From Bacteroidota bacterium (GTDB lineage: Bacteria > Bacteroidota > Rhodothermia > Rhodothermales > JAHQVL01), in assembly GCA_039111535.1 (NCBI GenBank), contig JBCCIM010000001.1, positions 25,959 through 89,958 on the forward strand: DNA of 64,000 bases. The letters run 5' to 3'. Positions 54,678 through 64,000 of this stretch are shown one piece after another (the first letter of the stretch is position 1; each line of letters opens with the position of its first letter). Both the position numbers and the translations under genes were made by a program. The notes under the pieces were generated by a model. The model searched no databases. It was not told the DNA's origin and worked only from the letters and a program-made list of their open reading frames with translations.

Positions 54678-55334
54678 TTACCGGTCGATATCTTCACGAA
54701 AATCTCTTTTTATTAGCCGGCGCAACAGCCGGTCTTCCCGTAGACGCTTAACAGCTTTGTTCACATAGGAGCGGATTACCTCAACACTTTTCCCCGTAAG
54801 GGTACTGATTTCGTCATACGACTTATGCTGAAACAACCGCATCTCAACCACTGACTGCAGGTATCTGGGCAATCGGGCAATAGCACTTTGTAGCACCTGG
54901 TGCAATACCATCAGGTCGTCATCAAACGCAACAGGTTCATCGGTGGCACATGTAAAGTCTGCCGGGTTTGTAACTGAACTTTTTTTGTGGGCCCGCAAGT
55001 GGTTCACAAAGAAATTGCGACAGATAACGCTGACCCAGCTGGCGTAACGCGAATTATCCCGTATGGTATGCCGGCGATCGACGATGCGTTCAAATACCCG
55101 CGCAACAAGCATATCAAAATCAGCGTTATCCAGATCAGAGCTCCGGGAGAACTTGGTGATGAGATTGCGCCAGACATAACAGTACGTCCAGATGTCAACC
55201 GCCACGCGATCCTGGTGCCGGCCATGGGCAACCCAGTTCTGAAATGTCGCGTTGGCAGATTGCACGTCATCCAGTTCAAAAGGCAGCCGTGCCAGCAACG
55301 CCTCAAGCTTTGCTAAGTGTGTCGTGGATCTCAT
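54678..55334 (-). CDS. Sigma-70 family (ECF-like) RNA polymerase sigma factor
   Basis: Start chosen at MRSTTHL. Region 2-like WVSVICRNFFVNHLR and region 4 HTH SYDEISTLTGKSVEVIRSYVNKAVKRLRE. Confidence 0.8.
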   Translation of the reverse strand: MRSTTHLAKLEALLARLPFELDDVQSANATFQNWVAHGRHQDRVAVDIWTYCYVWRNLITKFSRSSDLDNADFDMLVARVFERIVDRRHTIRDNSRYASWVSVICRNFFVNHLRAHKKSSVTNPADFTCATDEPVAFDDDLMVLHQVLQSAIARLPRYLQSVVEMRLFQHKSYDEISTLTGKSVEVIRSYVNKAVKRLREDRLLRRLIKRDFREDIDR

Positions 55335-55642
55335 ATGGGGGCAAGGTATGGGCCTGGCGCGTGCAGCAGCCGGCAAGCCCTTATGGTCAGAGAGTGGCGA
55401 TCGGGCCAGGGAGGGATTGGCGCCGATGCCCCAATAAAGCATAGCTAACGGAAACGTATTCCGTCAATATTGTGGGAAGATTTATGTGTAATAAAACTAT
55501 ATCAAGGTAACAGCGTGTCAGTGCACCCGATTTTTCGGGATCCCCGTTACACTTTGCTGGTTAAAGGCTGGCTCTACAAAGCTGCGGCTTTAACATTTTG
55601 TCGTCTATAGTATCTATAGACTGAGTCTTTTGCAGGAAACCC

Positions 55643-56086
55643 ATGAATGTAAATAGCTTCAAAACCTTCAGCGCCAAACCGACCGATATCGAGCGGGAAT
55701 GGCACGTGGTAGACGCCGAGAATCAAATCGTCGGTCGTCTGGCTTCAAAAGTAGCATCGATTTTGCGCGGCAAGCACAAGCCGAGCTACACCCCGCACAT
55801 GGATACCGGGGACCACGTAATCATTATCAATGCGGACAAAGTAAAGTTCAGCGGCAATAAAGAGTCTGACAAAGAGTACTTTCGCCACACAGGATACCCG
55901 GGCGGCGGCAGAACCCGCACACCAAAAGAGGTTCGCCAGAAAAAGCCTGAATTCATCTTACACAACGCTGTAAAAGGTATGCTTCCCAAAGGGCCGCTTG
56001 GCCGGCATATGCTGAAAAAGCTCAAGGTTTACGCTGGTGCAGAACATCCGCACGAAGCACAGAACCCCAAAGCTTTAGCTGTATAA
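55643..56086 (+). CDS. rplM: 50S ribosomal protein L13
   Basis: [30 protein letters not shown] is the canonical L13 sequence. Confidence 0.97.
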   Translation: MNVNSFKTFSAKPTDIEREWHVVDAENQIVGRLASKVASILRGKHKPSYTPHMDTGDHVIIINADKVKFSGNKESDKEYFRHTGYPGGGRTRTPKEVRQKKPEFILHNAVKGMLPKGPLGRHMLKKLKVYAGAEHPHEAQNPKALAV

Positions 56087-56164
56087 CTTTGGTTATCTAA
56101 ACAGCCCTTTTCCTGGGTACCTGCTATATAGACGCATTTGAACGAATAAGTTAACCTTATAATT

Positions 56165-56560
56165 ATGTCTTCACCCGTACAATATGCTGCAATTGGCCGA
56201 CGCAAGACGTCGGTTGCGCGTGTATACTTGCGCAGTGGCAACGGCAAAATCGTTGTCAACAAACGCGCTATCGAGGATTACTTTCCCCTCGCATGGCGCC
56301 GCAAGCAGATCCTGAAACCGCTGGACATCACAGAAAACTCCGGCAACTTCGATCTGGTCATCAACGCACGTGGTGGTGGTTCAACCGGACAGGCAGAAGC
56401 AATCCAGCTTGGTATTGCTCGCGCGCTGATCCAGTTCAACGAAGAATTTCGTAAACCACTCCGCGACGCCGACATGGTTACACGCGATCCGCGCATGGTT
56501 GAACGTAAAAAATACGGACAGCCAAAAGCACGTAAACGTTTCCAGTTCAGCAAGCGCTAG
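56165..56560 (+). CDS. rpsI: 30S ribosomal protein S9
   Basis: GRRKTSVARVYL start and C-terminal RKKYGQPKARKRFQFSKR. Confidence 0.97.
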   Translation: MSSPVQYAAIGRRKTSVARVYLRSGNGKIVVNKRAIEDYFPLAWRRKQILKPLDITENSGNFDLVINARGGGSTGQAEAIQLGIARALIQFNEEFRKPLRDADMVTRDPRMVERKKYGQPKARKRFQFSKR

Positions 56561-56713
56561 CGCTGTTTGGGCACTATATATGCAGCCTTGCCCACCTGCA
56601 ACATATTACTAATCAATCATACAGTTGGATACCGGAACGGGTGGCCTGGCACAAGCAGTGCAGAGGTCTGTTCGGGTAAATGAAAACTGTAGGTGCAAAA
56701 ACCCGATAACATC

Positions 56714-57679
56714 ATGAGTGAAGTATCGCAAGGCACAAACCGTGTCTCTGTAGAACAACTGCTTAAAGCAGGTACGCATTTTGGTCACCTGACCCGTCGC
56801 TGGAATCCTAAGATGAAGCCTTTCATCTTCATGGAGCGCAACGGGATCCACATCATCGACCTGATGCAAACACAGTCCGCACTGGACCAGGCAGCAGAAG
56901 CAGCTGCACGGTTCAGTAAAATGGGACGCAAAATTCTCTTCGTAGGCACAAAGAAGCAGGCGCGCGACATTGTCCGCAAACACGCTGAGTCCTGCGGATC
57001 TCCCTTCACGGTTGAGCGCTGGCTTGGTGGCACGCTTACCAACTTCCAGACAATCCGGAAAAGCATTCGGCGTATGGAAGGGATCCAGAAGATGCAAGAA
57101 GACGGCACCCTGGATCAGCTGAAGAAGAAAGAACGCCTCATGAAATCCCGTGAGCGCGACAAGCTTGACAAAGTCCTCGGTGGGATCGCCAAAATGGCCA
57201 AGCTTCCTGGCGCAGTATTTATTGTGGATATCAACCGCGAACACATCGCTGTAAAAGAAGCCCGGAAACTTGGTATTCCCATTATCGCAATTGTTGATAC
57301 CAACTGCGACCCGGATCTGGTAGACTTTGCTGTACCGGCCAACGACGATGCCCTGAAGTCAATCGACCTTATCACTTCCGTAATTGCTGCTGCATGCGCT
57401 GAAGGCTCCAAATCAAGAGAAATTGAGGAAGCCTCCAGAAAAGCTGAAAAAGAAAAACGCAAAATGGACGAAGGTGAAGGCGACAAGCCGGCTGAGAAAA
57501 AGAAAACCAGAAAAACCAAAAAAGCCGCGCCTAAAGCAAAAGCCGCAAAAGAAGAAGCACCCAAAGCCGAAGCCGCAAAAGAAGAAGCGCCCAAAGCTGA
57601 AGCTGCTAAAGAAGAAGCGCCCAAAGCTGAAGCCGCTGAGGAAAAACCTGCAGCAGCTGAAGAAGCCGCTAAAGAATAG
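56714..57679 (+). CDS. rpsB: 30S ribosomal protein S2 with Lys/Glu/Ala-rich repeat tail
   Basis: LLKAGTHFGH..RRWNPKM core. Start chosen at MSEVSQG. The ~75-aa C-terminal extension contains three KAEAAKEEAP repeats. Confidence 0.95.
   Translation: MSEVSQGTNRVSVEQLLKAGTHFGHLTRRWNPKMKPFIFMERNGIHIIDLMQTQSALDQAAEAAARFSKMGRKILFVGTKKQARDIVRKHAESCGSPFTVERWLGGTLTNFQTIRKSIRRMEGIQKMQEDGTLDQLKKKERLMKSRERDKLDKVLGGIAKMAKLPGAVFIVDINREHIAVKEARKLGIPIIAIVDTNCDPDLVDFAVPANDDALKSIDLITSVIAAACAEGSKSREIEEASRKAEKEKRKMDEGEGDKPAEKKKTRKTKKAAPKAKAAKEEAPKAEAAKEEAPKAEAAKEEAPKAEAAEEKPAAAEEAAKE
57542..57640 (+). repeat. 30-nt tandem repeat (about 3.3 copies) inside the rpsB 3' end
   Basis: GCCGCAAAAGAAGAAGCACCCAAAGCCGAA is repeated head-to-tail with a few synonymous changes. 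Confidence 0.85.
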
Positions 57680-57802
57680 CACCAGCCGCAATTTACAACT
57701 TGTAAATGCGCAAACCCTGCCGGCAATATAGCAGGAATAAAAGGTGCTTGGCCGGCATGCCTCCTTTGGAAAAACGAACGCTTAAAAACGTAACGCTAGA
57801 CA

Positions 57803-58630
57803 ATGTCGATCTCCGCAAAAGATGTAAAGCGACTCCGGGATACAACCGGGGTGGGCATGATGGACTGCAAAAAAGCACTGGTTGAAACCAACGGTGATTT
57901 TGATGCAGCAATAGATCTCCTTAGAAAAAAAGGACAGAAAGTAGCCGCTAAAAGAGCTGAAAAAGAAGCCAAAGAAGGCCTCATTGTCACAGCTGTTAGC
58001 TCAGACTCAAAAATTGGCGTCATCGCCGAAGTCAACTGCGAAACAGACTTTGTTGCGCGTGGTGATGACTTCTCTGGTTTTGCTAAAAAAGTAGCCGAAA
58101 TTGCGCTCAGCGAAAAGCCGGCAGATATCAACGCACTCCACGCTGCCACCTATGATGGCAACGATTCTGTGCAAGATGCAATGCTCTCGCTTACCGGGCG
58201 CGTTGGCGAGAAGGTAGATATTCGTCGCTTCGCAGTGAGTAGCTCTGCAGGCACTATCGTTCCTTACATTCACCCGGGCTCGCGCCTTGGCGTTCTCGTT
58301 GAAATGTCAGGGGACGGCAATGCCGCAGAAGCCGGCCGCGACGTAGCCATGCAGGTTGCAGCACTTAACCCCGTAGCAACACGCAGCGAAGAGGTCTCTG
58401 ACGACATCAAGGAAAAAGAGATGGAAATCGCCCGTGAAGCAGCACGCAACGAAGGCAAACCAGACAACATCATCGATCGGATTGCAGAAGGCAAACTCAA
58501 GCGCTTCTACAAAGACAACGTGCTGATCGAGCAGCCTTTTGTAAAAGACTCATCTGTTACCGTGAAAGAAATGCTGAAGCAAGCAGACGTAGACGTCACC
58601 GGCTTCCTTCGGTTTGCTCTCGGAGATTGA
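57803..58630 (+). CDS. tsf: Translation elongation factor Ts
   Basis: [26 protein letters not shown] start (UBA-like domain), followed by EF-Ts core motifs. Confidence 0.97.
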   Translation: MSISAKDVKRLRDTTGVGMMDCKKALVETNGDFDAAIDLLRKKGQKVAAKRAEKEAKEGLIVTAVSSDSKIGVIAEVNCETDFVARGDDFSGFAKKVAEIALSEKPADINALHAATYDGNDSVQDAMLSLTGRVGEKVDIRRFAVSSSAGTIVPYIHPGSRLGVLVEMSGDGNAAEAGRDVAMQVAALNPVATRSEEVSDDIKEKEMEIAREAARNEGKPDNIIDRIAEGKLKRFYKDNVLIEQPFVKDSSVTVKEMLKQADVDVTGFLRFALGD

Positions 58631-58651
58631 TTTAACCAACCGTTGTACAGG

Positions 58652-58672
58652 CCCGGCACTCGCCGGGTTTGT
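58652..58672 (+). terminator. Hairpin after tsf
   Basis: CCCGGC-ACTC-GCCGGG followed by TTTGTG. May act as a terminator or attenuator between tsf and pyrH. Confidence 0.45.
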
Positions 58673-58701
58673 GCATTACGGGTGTTGACATAGGCGTGAA
58701 T

Positions 58702-59448
58702 ATGGCAGAGGCAGACAGCGTAACACAAACACTCAAATACAAACGTATCTTACTCAAACTCAGTGGCGAAGCCCTGTTGGGAGATAAGCCTTTCGGCATC
58801 GACCATAAAGTATTGAGCAAATACGCAAAAGCAATTCGGGAGGCCGTAGATCTTGGCCTGGAACTCGCCATAGTCATTGGCGGTGGCAATATTTTCAGGG
58901 GAATCGACGCAACAGATGGCATGAAGCGGGCCCATGCTGATTATATGGGTATGTTGGCCACGATGATGAACGCAATGGCCCTGCAAGATGCGCTGGAGCA
59001 AAACGGATTACGTACCCGTCTACAGTCCAGCATTCATATGCAGGAAATTGCTGAACCCTTCATCCGCCGGCGCGCGATTCGGCACCTCGAAAAGGGCCGT
59101 ATTGTTATTTTTGGAGGTGGTACCGGGAATCCATACTTTACCACCGATACTGCAGCATCCCTGCGCGCCCTTGAAATTGACGCAGACGTCATCCTCAAAG
59201 GCACTCGCGTAGATGGTATTTTTACTGCAGACCCTGAAAAAGACCCATCAGCAACACGCTTTAAAGAAATTGACGGCAGTGAAGTCATCAAAAAAGACTT
59301 GCGCGTGATGGACATGACCGCTTTTACGCTCTGCAAAGAATCAAATAAGCCGATTATTGTATTCAATATGAATAAACCCGGCAACCTGGTTCGTGTAGTA
59401 AAAGGCGAAGAAATCGGGACGCTTGTCCACTGGAACGGACAAAATTAA
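58702..59448 (+). CDS. pyrH: UMP kinase PyrH
   Basis: Start chosen at [27 protein letters not shown] and [13 protein letters not shown] motifs. Confidence 0.96.
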   Translation: MAEADSVTQTLKYKRILLKLSGEALLGDKPFGIDHKVLSKYAKAIREAVDLGLELAIVIGGGNIFRGIDATDGMKRAHADYMGMLATMMNAMALQDALEQNGLRTRLQSSIHMQEIAEPFIRRRAIRHLEKGRIVIFGGGTGNPYFTTDTAASLRALEIDADVILKGTRVDGIFTADPEKDPSATRFKEIDGSEVIKKDLRVMDMTAFTLCKESNKPIIVFNMNKPGNLVRVVKGEEIGTLVHWNGQN

Positions 59449-59498
59449 CGACACCAACTTATTTCGGGATTTTTACCCCGAAAACATGAGGGAGCAAC

Positions 59499-60068
59499 AT
59501 GCTTGACGAAATGATCCAGATGATCCTTGACGATGCTAAGGAACGTATGGAAAAAGCGCTTGATCACTTGCACCGAGAACTTACAAGTATTCGGGCCGGC
59601 CGCGCGTCGCCGGCGATGCTTGAAAACATCAAGGTTGATTATTACGGTTCTATTACACCGCTCAACCAGATGGCAAGTGTATCCGCGCCCCAGGCAGACT
59701 TGCTGGTTATTCAACCCTGGGATGCAAGTGCATTGGGCGAAATTGAAAAAGCCATTATTTCCTCGAATTTGGGCGTAAACCCGTCCAACGACGGTTCACT
59801 GATCCGCGTCCCTATTCCGCCACTTTCAGGAGAGCGCCGTACCGAGCTGGTCAAAACAGCAAAAAGCCGGGTTGAAGACGGGCGCATTTCGATTAGAAAT
59901 ATCCGCCGGCAATTGAAAGACGAAATCAAGTCTATCCAGCAGTCGGAAAATCTGCCGGAAGACATGCGGTATGAAGGGGAAGAGCAGCTACAGAAGCTGA
60001 CCGACGCCTACGTTAAGAAAACTGACGAGCATTTGAGCCGCAAAGAAAAAGAAATCATGGAGGTTTAA
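59499..60068 (+). CDS. frr: Ribosome recycling factor
   Basis: 189 aa. LTSIRAGRASPAMLENIKVDYYG and PIPPLSGERR motifs. Confidence 0.97.
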   Translation: MLDEMIQMILDDAKERMEKALDHLHRELTSIRAGRASPAMLENIKVDYYGSITPLNQMASVSAPQADLLVIQPWDASALGEIEKAIISSNLGVNPSNDGSLIRVPIPPLSGERRTELVKTAKSRVEDGRISIRNIRRQLKDEIKSIQQSENLPEDMRYEGEEQLQKLTDAYVKKTDEHLSRKEKEIMEV

Positions 60069-60142
60069 CCCCGCATTTCTTAAGTACGCACATTTATCCA
60101 ACCAGGATACTTACTGGCATTCGCACAATTTCAGTTCAACAT

Positions 60143-60232
60143 GGAGAGGTGACCGAGTGGTTGAAGGTGCACGCCTGGAAAGCGTGTGTGCCCTAACGGG
60201 TACCGAGGGTTCGAATCCCTCTCTCTCCGCCA
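60143..60232 (+). tRNA. tRNA-Ser (anticodon GGA)
   Basis: Hand fold: acceptor GGAGAGG/TCTCTCC, anticodon stem CACGC/GCGTG with loop CTGGAAA, a long variable arm, T arm GAGGG-TTCGAAT-CCCTC, and an encoded CCA. Confidence 0.92.
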
Positions 60233-60249
60233 CATGCCAGTGTATCCTG

Positions 60250-60281
60250 GCCGGGTAGCGCATAAGCCACCCGGCTTTTCT
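60250..60281 (+). terminator. Rho-independent terminator after tRNA-Ser
   Basis: GCCGGGT-(12 nt)-ACCCGGC followed by TTTTCT. Confidence 0.6.
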
Positions 60282-60303
60282 ATATACAAATACTTCTTAG
60301 CCT

Positions 60304-61185
60304 ATGATTGCTAGTATGACAGGGTTTGGGCGCGGTCAGGCGCAAACCGACAGTCTGGTTGTTACTGTAGAGTTGCGATCTGTGAACAGCAGATACTGTG
60401 AAGTTAGTGCCCGACTCCCCCGTCAACTGGCCGAATACGAAAACAACATCCAAAACCTGGTCAAACAATCCGTCACCCGTGGTCGGATTAATTTGCAGTT
60501 CCAGATCGAAAGCGCAGAAGATACCGGCGCACCCATGCAGGTGCACAAGGAAACGGTGTCTGCCTATCTGAAGCTTCTAAACCAGGTAAGAGATATTGCT
60601 GGCATCGAAGCGCCGGTATCCCTCGCACATCTGCTTACGTTTCCAGACATCATCAAATCCCTCGATGATTCAGCAGAAGCCAATGAAGTGCTCTGGAAAG
60701 CCGTTAAGGCTGCTGTGCAAAATGGACTTGAGAACCTCAAGGCCATGCGCATCAAAGAAGGCAGTGCACTCAAGAAAGATCTCGAAGAGCGCCTTAACAT
60801 TATTGAAGACCGGCTCAAAAAGGTTGAGGTACGGGCACCTGAACGCGTCGAGGAGTCTCGCGCCAAACTAAAGGACCGGCTCCGAGAAATTTTTGAAGAC
60901 GATCGCATCGACCGTGACCGCATTGAGCTTGAAATCACATTGCTTGCTGACCGACTCGATGTTACCGAAGAATGTGTACGCCTGCATTCGCACCTCCAGT
61001 TGTTTCGCGATGCCTTACAATCATCTGATCCTGTTGGCCGCAAACTGAACTTCATCACGCAAGAGATCAATCGTGAGATCAATACGATAGGATCCAAAGC
61101 AAATGACAAGCGTGTTGCACATATTGTTGTTGAAATGAAAGAGGAGTTGGAGAAAATCCGCGAGCAGATTCAAAACCTTGAATGA
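60304..61185 (+). CDS. YicC-family stress-induced protein (endoribonuclease-like)
   Basis: MIASMTGFGRG start, NSRY, and C-terminal NFITQEINREINTIGSKA are YicC N- and C-terminal signatures. Confidence 0.9.
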   Translation: MIASMTGFGRGQAQTDSLVVTVELRSVNSRYCEVSARLPRQLAEYENNIQNLVKQSVTRGRINLQFQIESAEDTGAPMQVHKETVSAYLKLLNQVRDIAGIEAPVSLAHLLTFPDIIKSLDDSAEANEVLWKAVKAAVQNGLENLKAMRIKEGSALKKDLEERLNIIEDRLKKVEVRAPERVEESRAKLKDRLREIFEDDRIDRDRIELEITLLADRLDVTEECVRLHSHLQLFRDALQSSDPVGRKLNFITQEINREINTIGSKANDKRVAHIVVEMKEELEKIREQIQNLE

Positions 61186-61784
61186 CACAAATAGAGCTCA
61201 AATACGGCGCTATTGTACTCACAGCACCTAGCGGATCGGGCAAGTCAACCATTGCCCGGCATCTGGAAGAAGCCATATCCGGCTTGCGTTTTTCAGTGTC
61301 TGCAACAACACGCCCCCCCCGAGAAGGCGAAGCTGATGGGGTGCATTACCACTTCCTATCTGAAGAAAATTTCCGGAAAGCTATAGATGCCGGTGAATTC
61401 CTCGAATATGAAGAAGTATACCCCGGCAGGTTTTATGGCACCCTGTTTGAAGAAATAAAACGCATAGATGAAGAAGGGCCCGTGTTGCTGGATATTGACG
61501 TAAATGGCGCCATGCGCATGAAGTCATTTGCCGGCAATTCTGCACTGGTACTTTTCATCCACCCGATGTCGATCGAGGAACTGAGCAAACGCCTCCAAAA
61601 TCGAGGTACGGAGTCGCCAGATTGGCTCGCTGAACGGATAAAGCGCGCCGAAATGGAGTTAACGTTTGCAGAAAAATGTGATCATGTCATCTACAATGAT
61701 GTCCTCGAGGATGCGGTAACGGAAACATTGCAAGTTGTTAATCAGTTCTTGAAGGCCAAACAAGAACAAATGGCGCGCACCTGA
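61182..61784 (+). CDS. gmk: Guanylate kinase
   Basis: P-loop APSGSGKST, SATTRPPREGE..G..YHF. Start overlaps the yicC stop (ATGA). Confidence 0.95.
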   Translation: MTQIELKYGAIVLTAPSGSGKSTIARHLEEAISGLRFSVSATTRPPREGEADGVHYHFLSEENFRKAIDAGEFLEYEEVYPGRFYGTLFEEIKRIDEEGPVLLDIDVNGAMRMKSFAGNSALVLFIHPMSIEELSKRLQNRGTESPDWLAERIKRAEMELTFAEKCDHVIYNDVLEDAVTETLQVVNQFLKAKQEQMART

Positions 61785-61836
61785 CGCTTCGGTAGACGCG
61801 CTTGTTCTCAGAAAACCAACCCAATCTTTTATACCT

Positions 61837-62136
61837 ATGGCGATCAAAACAATCGACGTAACCACGCTCGCAGCTGATACCGGTGGCATTTACGAAGCTG
61901 TAGCCATCATCGCCAAACGTGCCCGTCAGGTATCTTCTAAAATGAAAACGGACCTGGACGAAAAACTTTCTTACTACGAAGGTTTTGGCCCGGAAATGGA
62001 AGACGCCCGCATGACGGAAGAGCAGATTCGTACGTCTATCGAATACGAGAAAAAATCCAAGCCAACGGAAGTTGCCATCGATGAAATGATGGAGCACGAA
62101 GTATATTTCCGTAATCCAAACGAAGAAGGCGCATAA
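61837..62136 (+). CDS. rpoZ: DNA-directed RNA polymerase subunit omega
   Basis: 99 aa. YEAVAIIAKRARQV motif, in the conserved gmk-rpoZ-coaBC order. Confidence 0.88.
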   Translation: MAIKTIDVTTLAADTGGIYEAVAIIAKRARQVSSKMKTDLDEKLSYYEGFGPEMEDARMTEEQIRTSIEYEKKSKPTEVAIDEMMEHEVYFRNPNEEGA

Positions 62137-62164
62137 CCCGTCTGCTGCGCACTTAACTTCTTCT

Positions 62165-63388
62165 ATGACTACCTCCCTCAGCGGCAGCAAACTGGTGCTC
62201 GGTGTATCCGGCAGCATTGCTGCGTACAAGGCAGCAGAACTTGTCCGGCTGCTCAAAAAAGCCGGCGCCGAGGTTCAGGTAATCATGACGGCTGATGCAG
62301 AACGCTTTATTCCTGCGCTAACGCTTAGCACCCTATCTGGCAAAAACACCCTCGTCGAAATTTTCCCCGAACAGGCGGAAGGTACCTGGACCCAACATAT
62401 TGAACTGGGCCTTTGGGCGGATCTATTTGTTGTCGCACCAGCAACTGCGCAAACGATTGCAAAACTGGCACACGGTTTTTGTGACAATATGCTCACGGCC
62501 GTAGCCCTTGCAGCGCGTTGCCCCATGCTTGTTTGTCCGGCCATGGATCACGACATGTACGTGCACCCGGCTACGCAAGCGAACCTGAAAACCCTCGACG
62601 CACATGGCTACCATATAAAGCCGCCAGAGCATGGCGAGCTAGCCAGCGGCCTGATTGGCACCGGCCGGCTACCAGCACCAACAGCAATTGTCGACGAAAT
62701 TGCAAAAACGATTGCGCTTCAGCAAAGTACAGCGTCATTGCAAGGCCAGCACGTATTGGTGACTGCAGGTCCAACACAAGAATCCCTCGACCCTGTTCGC
62801 TTTATTTCCAACCATTCAACAGGCACAATGGGGTATGCCCTGGCAGCGGCAGCCCAACAACGCGGAGCCACGGTCACGCTCATAAGCGGACCAACCGATC
62901 TGGAAACTCCAGCCGGTGTACAGCGCATTGATGTACTCTCAGCCGCAGACATGGCCGGCGCTGTTGCAAAACATGACGATGCCCACATGGTGATCATGAC
63001 CGCAGCGGTTGCTGATTACACGCCGGCGGAAAAAGCACAGCGCAAAATCAAAAAAGGCGCCGGCGACCTCAATCTTACGCTTACCCGTACCCAGGATATC
63101 CTGGCCGGCCTCGGTGCCAACAAAAAGCCCGGTCAAGTACTGGTTGGCTTCGCACTCGAAACTGACAACCTCGAAGAAAACGCACGAAGGAAGCTCGAAA
63201 AGAAAAACCTGGACTGGATTGTGCTCAACAGCCCCAACAACGCAGGTGAAGGCTTTGGCACAACAACCAACCGGGTAACCCTTTTCAGCGCTACAGGTAC
63301 ACAAAAATCACTGCCGCTCATGGATAAAGCACAGGTAGCTGTAGCCATTCTCGACGAGATTGAAGCTTCAACGAAGCATTCGCTGTAA
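62165..63388 (+). CDS. coaBC: Bifunctional phosphopantothenoylcysteine decarboxylase / phosphopantothenate-cysteine ligase
   Basis: 407 aa. Flavoprotein N-domain GVSGSIAAYKA, PAMDHDMY, and C-terminal DFP domain ISNHSTGTMG. Confidence 0.95.
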   Translation: MTTSLSGSKLVLGVSGSIAAYKAAELVRLLKKAGAEVQVIMTADAERFIPALTLSTLSGKNTLVEIFPEQAEGTWTQHIELGLWADLFVVAPATAQTIAKLAHGFCDNMLTAVALAARCPMLVCPAMDHDMYVHPATQANLKTLDAHGYHIKPPEHGELASGLIGTGRLPAPTAIVDEIAKTIALQQSTASLQGQHVLVTAGPTQESLDPVRFISNHSTGTMGYALAAAAQQRGATVTLISGPTDLETPAGVQRIDVLSAADMAGAVAKHDDAHMVIMTAAVADYTPAEKAQRKIKKGAGDLNLTLTRTQDILAGLGANKKPGQVLVGFALETDNLEENARRKLEKKNLDWIVLNSPNNAGEGFGTTTNRVTLFSATGTQKSLPLMDKAQVAVAILDEIEASTKHSL

Positions 63389-63455
63389 GGCTGATTTTTC
63401 ATATCTTGCTGAAGAGTGCCGCTGCCCTGTTTATTCATTGCATCTCTGCTGGCTT

Positions 63456-64000
63456 ATGCAAGACATCATCAAAGAACTACGCAGTGCCCTTGAACTCCAA
63501 CATGCCATCCAGGGTACGCTCGTACCGCTTGGTAGTAGCGATGTACCCGAGGCACCCGTTGTAGCACATGAAGCATCAACTGACAAGGATACAGCAGATA
63601 AGGCAACTGTTGTGATCGCACCACCAGCAGATGCAAACCCGGCACCGGTTTCTTCTGCGCCAGTCGCTGTGGATCAAGCTCCAGATGCTTCGATTACTGA
63701 AAAACCAACCGTTGTTATCGCAGGCAATGCAGAAAAACAGACGGTGCCAGCGCCATCCGACGCGCCGACAGTTGTTAAAACACAGACGCCTCCTGCAACA
63801 GAGCACCCATCCAACGCAGATCTATTTGGTAATAAAACTGATCCAACGCGTGACAGTAGTTTGCCCCCAGCTGAGCGCATCGCAGCACTCATTCCAGCAG
63901 ATTCGCCGCTACACGCCATGCAAACCATGGAAGAAGTTGCGGCATACGTATCCAGCACCGTACTTATTCCATTGGATGCGAAGCGGATCAATCCTGTGTT
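63456..64000 (+). CDS. Hypothetical protein, 3'-truncated by the window edge (Pro/Ala/Thr-rich N-terminal region)
   Basis: Hand translation from ATG 63456 is open to the window end (MQDIIKELRSALELQ...MEEVAAYVSSTVLIPLDAKRINPV). The last ~25 aa weakly resemble the start of a UDG-superfamily domain but lack the Cys pair. Confidence 0.5.
   Translation, partial: MQDIIKELRSALELQHAIQGTLVPLGSSDVPEAPVVAHEASTDKDTADKATVVIAPPADANPAPVSSAPVAVDQAPDASITEKPTVVIAGNAEKQTVPAPSDAPTVVKTQTPPATEHPSNADLFGNKTDPTRDSSLPPAERIAALIPADSPLHAMQTMEEVAAYVSSTVLIPLDAKRINPV

Noticed and set aside
57691-57707. Palindrome ATTTACAA-C-TTGTAAAT after rpsB considered as a terminator.
   Set aside because: It is AT-only with a 1-nt centre, so it forms at best a weak 7-bp stem with a 3-nt loop. 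No U-tract follows. This is not convincing as an intrinsic terminator.

Overview
This is a 64-kb chromosomal window, about 52% GC by eye. It most likely comes from an FCB-group bacterium (Bacteroidota/Rhodothermota-like). The reasons are that several proteins end in T9SS C-terminal sorting domains, DUF4199 is present, and start codons lack Shine-Dalgarno sequences. Most of the window is core genome. The housekeeping genes are rsmG, mnmG, mnmE, yidC, rnpA, rpmH, tRNA-Val, yceD-rpmF-plsX-fabH-fabG, a DEAD-box helicase, dnaA-dnaN, rplM-rpsI-rpsB-tsf-pyrH-frr, tRNA-Ser, and yicC-gmk-rpoZ-coaBC. A gene-strand switch at about 50.2 kb coincides with four same-orientation DnaA boxes upstream of dnaA, so the chromosomal origin probably lies inside the window. 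The accessory part (about 27-44 kb) is rich in secreted proteins: a sulfatase, an FG-GAP/T9SS protein and an MRJP/yellow-like propeller. The most unusual locus is at 32.6-43.7 kb. A PF07638-type ECF sigma factor and a TPR Ser/Thr kinase, with no anti-sigma gene, are transcribed divergently from three tandem T9SS-secreted seven-bladed propeller paralogs and a signal-anchored Dabb protein. The paralogs have very divergent N-terminal propellers but share a roughly 90%-identical 678-nt 3' cassette. That cassette continues through the stop codon, the spacer and the next start codon, and it carries an in-frame copy of an intergenic REP-like hairpin element. REP/MITE-like repeat clusters flank the locus. 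Other notable items are a vapBC pair, an Hpt-receiver fusion next to an orphan PilB/GspE-like ATPase followed by 670 bp of repeat-bearing non-coding DNA, a WYL regulator, a second sigma/anti-sigma-like pair, and an S2 protein with a tandem-repeat tail. I found no rRNA, CRISPR array, transposase or integrase. All homology calls rest on motif recognition by eye, not on database searches.
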